Part shown: in pieces, positions 1 through 9,786 of the stretch
Position numbering within the stretch: the first letter of the stretch is position 1
Layout of the letters: each line of letters begins with the position of its first letter
From: Candidatus Poseidoniaceae archaeon
Lineage (GTDB): Archaea > Thermoplasmatota > Poseidoniia > Poseidoniales > Poseidoniaceae
Reading direction: 5' to 3'
Length of the DNA stretch: 64,000 nt
NCBI GenBank assembly: GCA_049616955.1
Contig: JBMZIJ010000002.1
Coordinates: 25,972-89,971, forward strand
Position numbers and translations under genes: made by a program
Notes under the pieces: generated by a model
The model's database searches: none
Seen by the model: only the letters and a program-made list of their open reading frames with translations
What the model was told of the DNA's origin: nothing

Positions 1-2484
1 GTCATCTTTGAGGGAGTTAAGTGATGGATCAAGTGCCCAACGGCCTTTACAACCATCGCAGAGTGGGTTGCCAGGCATATCAAATCCAGAGAGATTCATC
101 TCATGAACTGCGTACTTCTTTTGCAACTCAAAACCACCAAGCCAATTAATCCAAACATAACCGCCAGGTTCCATCAGGCAACTGTTGCTGGTACTCTCTG
201 TGCATCCCGGTCGATCCCAAGTCGAAATAGCAACCCAAAGCGAATGCGAATTGGTGTTGTCTTCTGTTGACTTCACTTGCATTTCCCAACCATCGAGCAT
301 TCCATCTGCATCAGTGTCGTTGATCAATGGATTGGTTTCATGCTGGAACGGACGAGGAATAAACAAAATCTCGTTACCATCAATGAGTCCATCGTTGTCT
401 GTATCGGAGTTGTTTGCGTGTGTGACAAAGTTGTCAGCACCTGCGATGACTTCCTCTCCATCTTCGAGACCATCGTTATCGGTATCAAACATACAGGCTG
501 ATGTGAAATATTGTTCGCCGTTGAAGATGTATCCAAGCATAACTTCTTGTTGATCGCTTTCTCCATCGCCGTCGGTATCAACATTGGATGCGTTAGAGCC
601 TTGGCCATCACAAGTCGAAGAGAATTCCACAAAGTCGGAAAGACCATCTGAATCCGTGTCGGCAAGGCCTGGATCTGAGACAACCCATGTCAATTGAACG
701 CCACGATTGACAACGAGAATTTCCCAACCGCCGACTTCAATACCATCAAGAAGGCCATCGAGATCTGTATCACCGTGTGTTGGGTCTGTTGACCGGCCAA
801 CCGCATTTCCATTCTCATCCAATCGAGCTTGGTACTCCATGAGATTCGTGAAACGTTCTGATTCCTCAACAATGTTCATCCAAACAAACAACCTCGACTC
901 GACTTGGTCTCCTGGGGCAACGTTGATGTGGTAGACGTAGCCGTCGACTGGAGCCACAAGATAGACGGTTTGCTTGTTTCCACCACCAAGTGTGTACTGC
1001 CCTCGAGCAACGGTGGAATTTGCTGTAACGTAATCGCCCTTCGTAACGTACACATCAACGACTGTTGTCGCAAGTTCAAGTTCATCGAAGAGGACATCTC
1101 CGTCACCATCAGAATCCCAACCATCGAAATCAATGTCGTCGTTCGCATTGCTTGCGTTACGAGGATTGAGAGGGTATTCGAGTGTCGTCCTGTTGTATTG
1201 GGTTGCTTCCCAACCATCAGGCATTCCATCTTGGTCTGTATCTTCAGTCCATGGAGAGGTAAAAGAAGGAAGGCCATTCGTGAGGCCAAATTTGAGTGCA
1301 ACTTGATACTCCTCGAGGTTGTTCAATCCATCTTCATCCCAATCGTTGTATCCATCGGATGCATTGGATGGGCTCAAGAGTTCAGCAAGTGCCTTCTGTG
1401 GATTACCAACGCCGAGTGGGTGGTTCTCTTTGAAAGAGAAACAGTACTCAAATCCGTCAGGCATTCCATCGCCATCGGTATCCCAATCACTTGGACCGTT
1501 GAGGTATCCATCACCGTCCATGTCCGAAAGGAACCACGAGGCGCTAACTTCATCTGCAAATGGAGCAGTCGTAGGAAGGCGTTGCGATGGCGGAGTGATG
1601 ACTGGTTCGCCACAATTGGAGCCCAACTGGAAATCAAGGAGCATGTTCGCATTGTTGACTTCAAGAATGTCCGGGAGCATGTCGTTGTCAGAGTCCTTTG
1701 CTGCAGGATTGGTTCCGTAAGCTTCCTCTTGGAAGTTGAGCAGACCATCGTCGTCGAAGTCCAAGACTTGATCGCATGAGTGTTTTCCGAGCGGGTTTTC
1801 CAATTCTTCCCAAGTCGGCGCCCCTTCGAATCCTTCAAGAAGATCGGCGAGTGTTTGTTCGAGAGGACCGTTGAGAAGCGTACAATCCCAGTTGCCCGAG
1901 AGTGGATTAAAGAGCGTCACCGTACCATCTGGCGAGGAGACGTTCATTGTGTAAATGGATTCCCAGCGGTCGTTGAGACCATCGTTGTCCGTGTCTGCAC
2001 GTTGTGGATCGGTTCCCAACTCAGCCTCTTGTTCGTTCGTGAGACCGTCGTTGTCAGGGTCACCGTACTTCCCTTGGGTTGGGTCTGGCCACGAATCGCT
2101 CTCATTGCTAACTTCAGCATCGTCTGCTGTGTTTGTTGAACCTGATTCTTCTTCTGCTTCTTCGGCTTCACCACTGTCAAGTGGATTGAGACCGTGAGCG
2201 ACTTCCCAACCATCGCTCATCCCATCGTTGTCGGTATCAGGATCGTCTTTGAGTGTACCGTATTGCGATTCCTCGAGAACATCTGGCAACCCATCTCCAT
2301 CCGTATCAATCGCTTCACCGGATGTAATTTCGATGTCGGGATTAATGTTTTCTTCAGCAGCACTGTCGAAATCTCCAACTCCTGAAGAGGTTTGGTAGAA
2401 CCCACTAATACCCACGAAAAGGGATCCGAAAATCAGTGTTGAAATGATTGCAGCATACGCCATTTGGTTGTGATTGAGTGACAT
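1..2484 (-). CDS. Large membrane-anchored/secreted acidic protein with many DxDxDG (thrombospondin type-3-like, Ca-binding) repeats; partial, runs off the left edge
   Basis: Hand translation from ATG at 2484 (MSLNHNQMAYAAIISTLIFGSLFVGISGF, N-terminal hydrophobic segment) stays open to position 1. Repeated DTDGDGLPD/DTDNDGMSDGWE/DTDSDGLSD motifs. Not in the ORF track because its stop lies outside the window. Confidence 0.9.
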   Translation of the reverse strand, partial: MSLNHNQMAYAAIISTLIFGSLFVGISGFYQTSSGVGDFDSAAEENINPDIEITSGEAIDTDGDGLPDVLEESQYGTLKDDPDTDNDGMSDGWEVAHGLNPLDSGEAEEAEEESGSTNTADDAEVSNESDSWPDPTQGKYGDPDNDGLTNEQEAELGTDPQRADTDNDGLNDRWESIYTMNVSSPDGTVTLFNPLSGNWDCTLLNGPLEQTLADLLEGFEGAPTWEELENPLGKHSCDQVLDFDDDGLLNFQEEAYGTNPAAKDSDNDMLPDILEVNNANMLLDFQLGSNCGEPVITPPSQRLPTTAPFADEVSASWFLSDMDGDGYLNGPSDWDTDGDGMPDGFEYCFSFKENHPLGVGNPQKALAELLSPSNASDGYNDWDEDGLNNLEEYQVALKFGLTNGLPSFTSPWTEDTDQDGMPDGWEATQYNRTTLEYPLNPRNASNANDDIDFDGWDSDGDGDVLFDELELATTVVDVYVTKGDYVTANSTVARGQYTLGGGNKQTVYLVAPVDGYVYHINVAPGDQVESRLFVWMNIVEESERFTNLMEYQARLDENGNAVGRSTDPTHGDTDLDGLLDGIEVGGWEILVVNRGVQLTWVVSDPGLADTDSDGLSDFVEFSSTCDGQGSNASNVDTDGDGESDQQEVMLGYIFNGEQYFTSACMFDTDNDGLEDGEEVIAGADNFVTHANNSDTDNDGLIDGNEILFIPRPFQHETNPLINDTDADGMLDGWEMQVKSTEDNTNSHSLWVAISTWDRPGCTESTSNSCLMEPGGYVWINWLGGFELQKKYAVHEMNLSGFDMPGNPLCDGCKGRWALDPSLNSLKDD

Positions 2485-2585
2485 AGGATGTAGCCTCCGC
2501 GTCTTGACTATCCCAACGACGACGTGGTTCGGTTATGAACCTTGACCTTATTTGCGCAAATCAGTAGCGTGAATTTCGTAGCCAA

Positions 2586-3608
2586 TCATTGATTTTGATA
2601 TTCAAGTAAAGATTGGATTTTGACGAAGAAAATATCATTCTCTTCTCGAACTGAGATTTGGCTCGAGCGGCCATGTGCACGTTCCCACATTCCCACAACT
2701 ACCCCCAATGTCAATGGGAAATGGCTCATCATCAGCATGGAGAATTCAAATTCGAATGTTGAAGGATTGTACTTCCTCGTTTCGATCGAACCCCAACCCC
2801 GTTCTCGAAGGCAGTGCTCGATGTAAGCATCCCAACTTGATTGATCGATGATATAGACGGGTTGTTCGCTGGAAAGGAACATTTCTGCTGTTGTACGAAT
2901 AATGATCTTCAAAAGATTCTCGTATGCATTCAAACCAGTTGATTGATTGTTGAACCAATCACCTTTTTTGTCGGGAGCATATGGCAAACATCCGGAGAAG
3001 AAACGTTCCAACGGAGCAAGAGGAATCAATACCACTCGCTCGCCTTCGAGTCGAAGTTCGTTCATTTGTTGGGTTGTGATTTCAAGTGAAGATTGATCAA
3101 ACGCTGAGGCAATTCTCTTACCAGTCCATGGCAACTTTGCATGCGATTGTGGCGATGAAATCTGTGGACTTGATTCTGTCTCGATTTGAACGAGTTGTGA
3201 ACGTGGTTCCGTCCATCGTATTTTGTACCGTTGCTGATGATACAATTCGAGGGAATAGTGACCGAGTGCGACTGATAGCAGTGGATGAGCGCTGTGAAGG
3301 ATTTTCTTTTGTTCGAGTTGTACCTGCCCCCAACCAAGAAGGGAAGAGATTCGTTCAATTTCATGTCGAAGTTTCTTCTTGCGAAAGAGACCGCGAACAT
3401 CCTTGATGGTATTCTTCAATTCGAATCCATCAACAAATGCGTTGATGAATGTGCGGCTCAGCGGATGTTCCATTCGTGATTCAAACAAATTCCACCACGT
3501 ATGGAATTCATGTTGTTTCCAAATGATAATTTCTCCAAACACATCTTGACGAAAGATGCCTTTTTCTCGAATTGATTCTAGACGGAAATCCGTTATGATG
3601 GACTTCAC
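2586..3608 (-). CDS. Hypothetical protein, probable tandem V4R/Bet3-like fold
   Basis: 340-aa ORF with two LGWG/RGWG motifs and an 'LRLEGERVVLIP' segment. GTG start overlaps the glyA stop (ATGTGA). Confidence 0.6.
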   Translation of the reverse strand: MKSIITDFRLESIREKGIFRQDVFGEIIIWKQHEFHTWWNLFESRMEHPLSRTFINAFVDGFELKNTIKDVRGLFRKKKLRHEIERISSLLGWGQVQLEQKKILHSAHPLLSVALGHYSLELYHQQRYKIRWTEPRSQLVQIETESSPQISSPQSHAKLPWTGKRIASAFDQSSLEITTQQMNELRLEGERVVLIPLAPLERFFSGCLPYAPDKKGDWFNNQSTGLNAYENLLKIIIRTTAEMFLSSEQPVYIIDQSSWDAYIEHCLRERGWGSIETRKYNPSTFEFEFSMLMMSHFPLTLGVVVGMWERAHGRSSQISVREENDIFFVKIQSLLEYQNQ

Positions 3609-4897
3609 ATCCCTTCATACGCAGGTATCGTTTCGGAGTCAAAGCAGTACTGTACGTGTTGAAAATCAGATTTCAATTGTTGAACATCTTCGCGAACACG
3701 TCGTGGATCTTCGTCATGAAGGAGGACACGTGCATAGAGTGATGCGACTTCGGCCATTTCGTTGATGCCCATACCAACTCGAGTTAATTCTTGTACCCCC
3801 AAGCGTAGACCTGATGGATTCATGGCCTTGGTGTCTCCAGGAAGCATGTTCATGTTGGTGATGATTCCAGCATCTTCGAGTTTTTGTGCAGCGACAGCTC
3901 CTGCTCCTGAATCAATACCTCCATGACGAGTCAAAACCTGATGCGAGGCCGTGTATCCTCGTGATTCAGCCAGAACATCAAAGCCTTCTGCTGCAAGTGA
4001 TTCAGCGAAGACCTTTGCGTTCCTGACAATATCCGTAACATAGGCCTTGCCAAACGCCTCGAATTCTGCAAGTGCAACGACTTTTCCAGCAACGTGGTGG
4101 AGGTGATAGGAAGAGCAGACGCCTGGGAACATGGCGTTGTTAAGACGTCGATGGAATGTTTCATCCTCGCTTGACGATAGCAAAAATCCACCTTGTGGGC
4201 CTGGGAATGTTTTGTGTGATGAACCAGTCATCACATCCGCACCTTCGCGCAGCGGGTCTTGGAAAACACCACCCGCAATGAGACCGAGTACATGCGCCCC
4301 ATCGTACATAACCGTGGAATCGACTTCATGGGCGGCATCAGCCATCTCCTTAAGGGGCGTTGGAAACAAGAAAACAGATTGACCAACGAGAGTGATTTTT
4401 GGTTTCAACTCACGGATGAGAGCGCAGGATGCATCGACGTCTGGTTCCATACGGTCTTCGTCCCATGGATACGTTGAGACATTCAAATCACGGAGACCAA
4501 CCGCACCCATGCGAGCGTGCGAGATGTGTCCACCATCTGCTGTTGAGACAGCTGTGATCGAATCGCCTGGTTTTGCAAGAGCCTTCAATGCTCCAATGTT
4601 TGAAACCGTCCCTGATGTCGATTGTATGTTTGCAAAATTGGCTTGAAATACCTTCTTAGCAAGACCGATACCTATACTTTCAATGGTATCAAAATCATCA
4701 CAACCCTGGTAATAACGCTTTCCTGGCAAGCCTTCAGCATACCTTCCATGAAGATCTGAATTGATGGCTCGTTTGACGTTTGGTGAAATAATATTTTCAG
4801 AGGCAATCATCCCTAGACCATGCCCGTAAAGTCGCGTACTTTCTGCAGATGCTGCAAGTACAGCATCGACCGATTCTCGAGGAGAGAGATTTGTCAT
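3605..4897 (-). CDS. glyA: Serine hydroxymethyltransferase (archaeal type)
   Basis: IASEN, RYAEGLPGKRYYQG, GGHISH and PLP-lysine motif SSHKTFPGPQGG. Start refined to MTNLSPRES. Confidence 0.96.
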   Translation of the reverse strand: MTNLSPRESVDAVLAASAESTRLYGHGLGMIASENIISPNVKRAINSDLHGRYAEGLPGKRYYQGCDDFDTIESIGIGLAKKVFQANFANIQSTSGTVSNIGALKALAKPGDSITAVSTADGGHISHARMGAVGLRDLNVSTYPWDEDRMEPDVDASCALIRELKPKITLVGQSVFLFPTPLKEMADAAHEVDSTVMYDGAHVLGLIAGGVFQDPLREGADVMTGSSHKTFPGPQGGFLLSSSEDETFHRRLNNAMFPGVCSSYHLHHVAGKVVALAEFEAFGKAYVTDIVRNAKVFAESLAAEGFDVLAESRGYTASHQVLTRHGGIDSGAGAVAAQKLEDAGIITNMNMLPGDTKAMNPSGLRLGVQELTRVGMGINEMAEVASLYARVLLHDEDPRRVREDVQQLKSDFQHVQYCFDSETIPAYEGM

Positions 4898-4949
4898 GCT
4901 TGAACCAAGTCCAAGAGGTTCATCAATTCTGTGAATGAACCTGCTCCCT

Positions 4950-7900
4950 TCAACGCTTACCTGGTCGGCGAGGCCCTGAGTATGTGGAACGCTCACTTGC
5001 AATTGTGTGCGTTGGAACATTTCTGTTTGAGAGGTTCATATCAGAAACACGTGTACGACTCGGTCCGATACTTGTTGAGCGATTCAAACTCGTAGTCTTT
5101 CTTTGAACCATCGTTTGACGTCCTCGGTATGCAACGGGTCCAACAAGGCGCTCCAATGCTGGCGTATCGGAATCTTCCTCTTTTGGTCGTTTTAACCACC
5201 AGCCTGAGGAGAGGATCGAAAGTTTTCCGGGACGATTCTTTGAAATCGACATCGCATTCCGCTTCAACCTTGAACGAATGGTCTTGTCTGAATCTTTTGG
5301 CAAGCGCTCTGTAAGCCATCCTGGCAGGCCAATATCCAAAACCACACCATTCACCGTTACGAGAATTCCAGACAAGAGAAGATGGGTTCCCACTGGAATG
5401 TTATCTCGGCTTGGTTTGACCTTTGACCGCTTCATCATTTTTGCATATTCAACCAACGAACGTTGATCTCTGTGCTTGATCTGTTTTCGTTGCTGTCGAT
5501 TAAATCGGTATAAACCAATTTGCAACACAAATAGTGTACCAGCTGCGACAGCTCCCTCAACAGGTCCATAAACAGAATCCAAACCAATTCCGGTAACAAT
5601 GTAAATCATCGGAAGCAGGAAGAACTGTACAATTTTTTGAACCATGGAGATCGAATACCTGGGCGTCATTCCTCTACGAACAGCTTCATGACTGACAATC
5701 ATGACATTCGCATTGATGGCTTCATCAATGCCGCCCTTTGTTGCCAATCCGGCGACAGGGTTGACCGGTGCATCATCCAACCACCTACGCAGAGACTTGC
5801 CTTTTTCCAATACGAGAGAAACTTCGATATCTTCAGCGTCTGCTTCATGTCCAAGAATAACTGAAAGTGCCTTAACACGAGGATCATTGACATCGCTTTC
5901 GCGTAGTTCCTTGTAGATGGAAAGGGCTTGGTGCCAGTCGCCTCGATCGAGGAGACACAATGCTGCTGCAATGCGAGGACGTACACCGAGAGGATCTTGC
6001 TTGACTGTATCCAAAGCCAATTCCAAAGCCTCTTCGTGCTTCCTCTGCATACGCAATGTTGCCACGTTGGAAATAGCCGAAATGAGGGAAATGCGATCTT
6101 CATGTTGCGTTGCTTCTTTGGAATACGAAGGCGCCCAATATCGAAGCATTCGCATCTTTTCATTCAGATGATCAATTGTTGAATTGTTCTCCCAATCCCA
6201 CAAGTCGTCTTCGTCAACCGTGCCATGCCAAGGGTCGAGCCATTCGCATATGAATGCAAGAAGTTCGGGCTCATCGTATCCTTCTGGCTGTTGAAGGCCA
6301 CGGAGGGCGCCACGGGCTGCGTCCAAACGCCGAGTTGCGATGTAACCTGTTGCGATCAACATTCTGGCTTCGTCATCATCACCGCCTGATTGAGCGAGTA
6401 CCTTTTTGGCCTCTTCAATGGCCTTTGGCCATAGACCACGTATTGCACAAACCCACATTTTTGCACGAGCTTTTTCATGACGGACAAGTGATTGGTCACC
6501 CTCGATGGATTGCTTTTGAAATCGAATCAATCCATCCAAGTCCTCCTGGAGTGCAGCGTTATCGATGTATTCACGCATCCAATCGCCACCTGCGAGCATG
6601 ACCGCTCCTTCTCGACGCTCTTCAGGATCCAAATCAAATCGAATCTGTCGTAATGGTGAAAGTCTGGCGATGGACAAAAGCCACGTAAAGAGGAAAACAG
6701 CATTACCAACAGCAATAAACATCCAAGTAGCAAGCAACCGCATTTCCTCATTGAATCCCTGATTTTCGAGATTTGAGGTAAATGGCATCAAGTCACCGAA
6801 TTCCTTGTAGCAAACCAGGATTAAGAGGAGAACGGTATAACCCGAAAATCCAGCGAATGCGAAGGCAATTTGACGACCTTGAGCAGCCTCTTCGGTTCGA
6901 ATTTCTCGAGGTGTATCGAGGGTAACACCAAACATCCCACCAAAGGTTTGCCCTCCAAGAATCAAGTTGCGTGTGAGTTCAAAAATAAAGGCAAGACCGA
7001 CAATGGCGATGTTAAGCGAGAGATAAAAGGACAAAAATTGTGGCATTGATTTAATGAATTCCCAATGAAACAAAAATTCGGAAATCAAATCAATTCGTTC
7101 GTAAATAGAATGCCCGATGATGCCTCCGAAATTCAAGATGTCTTCACCATTATCTGGTCGATTGTAAAGAACGTGAAAGACGGTGACAATACCATTGAGT
7201 GCGGTCACTGGCATTGTGATAAGGAACAAGACGAGGAGCAAAGAGAAGAGGCGATTGACGAAGGAAGGTTTGTCTGGATCGATTGGATTTCTCCTTCCAT
7301 TCGCAGTTCTCCACTTGTTGACCAACAGCATGTTCCATGAAGCACCCATGATTCGTCCATATGCGAGAATGGTTGGTGCCATAAACACCAGCATGGTTAC
7401 AGCAAGCCAAACTGGTGTAATTTTTCCACCGTTTTGATTCATTCCATAAACGAGCGTGACAACCGTTGCAGCAACGAGGATGGAAAGGGTGAGAATTCGA
7501 CGAATTCCTGTACCGATTGTTGTTGCTCCAATGCGTGTATCACCTTTACCAGCAAGTTGAGCATTCATGGTCTCCCATGGCGAAATCAAAATCGGAATTA
7601 ATACGAAGAGACCAATGATCCATAAATTGGGTTCGAAGTATGTCTGTGGTTGGAAAAGAAGTTCTGAGATGAGAAGAAGAACCCCAAGCATTCCCATCAT
7701 GTAAAGTCCTACACCGAAGGCGACACGACCTTGCTGCAAAATCTCACGAGCATCCTCGATTGTACGAGTTAGACGGTGAACTTCGTACAAGTTGTCATCA
7801 ATCTCAAAGGCGACTTGGAGTGCTGACAACTGACGTGGGACGAAAAATTTCCACAACATTGCTGCCACAAACAACGCAAGCAAAAGTGGGTAGAGGTAGA

Positions 7901-7997
7901 TGACGTCAAACTCAGTTGGTTTGGCGATCGAGGCTGCGGAGACATTGGGAACGAGGATGGTTGCGGCAAGGACACCGCCCATGAACAACTTCCGCAT
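4950..7997 (-). CDS. Large polytopic membrane protein with a TPR-like helical cytoplasmic region
   Basis: 1015 aa. About 10 hydrophobic segments in the N-half, then TPR-like repeats (AIEEAKKVLAQ..DDEARMLIA; HEEALELALDTVKQDP), two further TM segments and a basic tail. Confidence 0.8.
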   Translation of the reverse strand: MRKLFMGGVLAATILVPNVSAASIAKPTEFDVIYLYPLLLALFVAAMLWKFFVPRQLSALQVAFEIDDNLYEVHRLTRTIEDAREILQQGRVAFGVGLYMMGMLGVLLLISELLFQPQTYFEPNLWIIGLFVLIPILISPWETMNAQLAGKGDTRIGATTIGTGIRRILTLSILVAATVVTLVYGMNQNGGKITPVWLAVTMLVFMAPTILAYGRIMGASWNMLLVNKWRTANGRRNPIDPDKPSFVNRLFSLLLVLFLITMPVTALNGIVTVFHVLYNRPDNGEDILNFGGIIGHSIYERIDLISEFLFHWEFIKSMPQFLSFYLSLNIAIVGLAFIFELTRNLILGGQTFGGMFGVTLDTPREIRTEEAAQGRQIAFAFAGFSGYTVLLLILVCYKEFGDLMPFTSNLENQGFNEEMRLLATWMFIAVGNAVFLFTWLLSIARLSPLRQIRFDLDPEERREGAVMLAGGDWMREYIDNAALQEDLDGLIRFQKQSIEGDQSLVRHEKARAKMWVCAIRGLWPKAIEEAKKVLAQSGGDDDEARMLIATGYIATRRLDAARGALRGLQQPEGYDEPELLAFICEWLDPWHGTVDEDDLWDWENNSTIDHLNEKMRMLRYWAPSYSKEATQHEDRISLISAISNVATLRMQRKHEEALELALDTVKQDPLGVRPRIAAALCLLDRGDWHQALSIYKELRESDVNDPRVKALSVILGHEADAEDIEVSLVLEKGKSLRRWLDDAPVNPVAGLATKGGIDEAINANVMIVSHEAVRRGMTPRYSISMVQKIVQFFLLPMIYIVTGIGLDSVYGPVEGAVAAGTLFVLQIGLYRFNRQQRKQIKHRDQRSLVEYAKMMKRSKVKPSRDNIPVGTHLLLSGILVTVNGVVLDIGLPGWLTERLPKDSDKTIRSRLKRNAMSISKNRPGKLSILSSGWWLKRPKEEDSDTPALERLVGPVAYRGRQTMVQRKTTSLNRSTSIGPSRTRVSDMNLSNRNVPTHTIASERSTYSGPRRPGKR

Positions 7998-8044
7998 GTA
8001 TCAAAGGCCGATATAATGCATCATGAAATCTTCGCCAACATACA

Positions 8045-9256
8045 TCATGCGTTTCTGTGTCTTTGGAGGAAGGCATCGATGCGATCAAATGCAGTGTTAA
8101 GCGTCGCAACGTCAGGCAAGAAAACAAGCCTTACGTGTCCTTTTCCTTTCTCTCTGCTAAAGCCGGAACCATGAACCAGTAAGACGTGTTCTTCGTGGAG
8201 CAGTTGCAAAACAAATTGCTTGTCGTTGTTCTTCCAACGCTCATCTGTAAGTCGAACAAACATGTAGAATGCCCCTTCGGGTGCTTCGACCTCAAGGCCT
8301 TCAATTTCTGCGATTCGACTGAGGCATACATCTCTGCGTTCCTTGACCGTATCCGAGTATTGTTTCATCCACGAACGATCTTGTTGCAAGCCTGCCAAAA
8401 AACCGAGTTGTGCGGGGGTTGAAGCGCATAGACGAGAACGTAGAATTCGTTCAATTCCATCTCGAACTGAGCCAAGAACGGAGGTTGGGTCATGGATAGC
8501 CATGTAGCCAATTCTCCAACCTGGAGCGTAGTAGACTTTGGATACTCCGTTCAAGACGACGACCGGTGTCGAATTGGTTCGGCTTGCAGCACTAACTTGA
8601 TTGTTGGAGAAATCAAGACCATCATAAATTTCGTCTGCAACAAGAATGCACTTCGGCCATCGCTGAAGAATCTCCAGCAACTTGTCAATATCGTCCTGAC
8701 CAACAACAGCACCTGTTGGATTGTTTGGATTGATCAAGACGAAGAGACGAACCTCTTCATTCATCTTTGCTTCAATATCATCGAAATCGAGTGACCATCC
8801 ATCGCCAGAGTCGAGTCTGTATTCGATAGTTTCAGCCCCATACATTTGGGGATAAGCCATGTATGGAGGGTAATGCGGACCAGGTGCAAGGACTTGATTG
8901 CCCTCTTCCAATGTTGCTTGAAAAAGAACTTGAAGTGCTTCGGTTACACCATGACAGACGTAAACATCATCAGCCGATGCAAGCCAACCCTTGTCCCTCT
9001 CATCGTTGGCAATAGCTTCTCGAAGTTCTGGTAAGCCATAGGAAGGTGAGTAACCGTTGCGACCATCGGCTAACGCCTGTGAAAACGCTTCAACCATATG
9101 CGATGGAGTGGGTAAACCAGGGTATGCAATTGGATCGCCAATGTTGAGTTTGATGATGGTATGGCCTTGCGCTTCCAACTCAGTGGCAGGAACAACAACA
9201 TCCCGAATCGCATACTCAATGTTGAGTGCTCGTTTTGTTGCAGATATATGGTGCAT
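8045..9256 (-). CDS. Class I/II PLP-dependent aminotransferase (alanine aminotransferase AlaA-like)
   Basis: KLNIGDP, INPNNPTG, ADEIYD, NGVSKVYYAPGWRIG motifs. Confidence 0.92.
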   Translation of the reverse strand: MHHISATKRALNIEYAIRDVVVPATELEAQGHTIIKLNIGDPIAYPGLPTPSHMVEAFSQALADGRNGYSPSYGLPELREAIANDERDKGWLASADDVYVCHGVTEALQVLFQATLEEGNQVLAPGPHYPPYMAYPQMYGAETIEYRLDSGDGWSLDFDDIEAKMNEEVRLFVLINPNNPTGAVVGQDDIDKLLEILQRWPKCILVADEIYDGLDFSNNQVSAASRTNSTPVVVLNGVSKVYYAPGWRIGYMAIHDPTSVLGSVRDGIERILRSRLCASTPAQLGFLAGLQQDRSWMKQYSDTVKERRDVCLSRIAEIEGLEVEAPEGAFYMFVRLTDERWKNNDKQFVLQLLHEEHVLLVHGSGFSREKGKGHVRLVFLPDVATLNTAFDRIDAFLQRHRNA

Positions 9257-9265
9257 GAAATCACA

Positions 9266-9745
9266 TCAATTGAGGTCGGAAAAATCAATGCCACCCATCG
9301 TGCATATGTGTTGAAATTCGTTTTCTTGTACAGGTTGAATCGAGAGTCGCTGACCCCTTCGAATCAACAACATATCAGCAAGTGCTTCCTCTTCGCGTAC
9401 TGCATCCAATCCAACAATTGTCTTGAGTTCACATACCGGCTCGATATCAACCATGAACCAACGTGGATTGTCCGGTGTTGATTTTTCATCAAAGTACTTC
9501 GATGCCGTATCCCACGAAGTAAAATCACCATACCCTTCCTTGCATACCCTTGCAATACCTGCAACATGCGGTGGTTTGCAGTTCGAGTGATAATAGAGAA
9601 TCAAGTCACCAACGTTCATTTCATCGCGCATCATGTTTCGCGCTTGATAGTTGCGTACACCGTCCCAGTGGGTCTTTCCATCTGCGACAAGTTGCGAATA
9701 AGGGTAGACATCGAGTTCCGATTTCATCAGCCAATACTTGACCAT
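9266..9745 (-). CDS. EVE domain protein
   Basis: YWLMKSE, WDGVRNYQARN, YYHSNC, RLSIQPV. An alternative GTG start at 9793 overlaps the upstream stop. Confidence 0.93.
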   Translation of the reverse strand: MVKYWLMKSELDVYPYSQLVADGKTHWDGVRNYQARNMMRDEMNVGDLILYYHSNCKPPHVAGIARVCKEGYGDFTSWDTASKYFDEKSTPDNPRWFMVDIEPVCELKTIVGLDAVREEEALADMLLIRRGQRLSIQPVQENEFQHICTMGGIDFSDLN

Positions 9746-9786
9746 GCTCTTTGATGGAGATACAGGTCTTATCCCTTTGCTTGGCT

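Noticed and set aside
185..2405. Many ORF-track entries on both strands (e.g. 904..1779 +, 291 aa)
   Set aside because: Antisense or off-frame shadows of the single long minus-strand DxDxDG gene ending outside the window.
9266..9745. EVE domain as part of a modification-dependent restriction system
   Set aside because: Stand-alone EVE with no adjacent nuclease or toxin; neighbours are an aminotransferase and an MMPL transporter.
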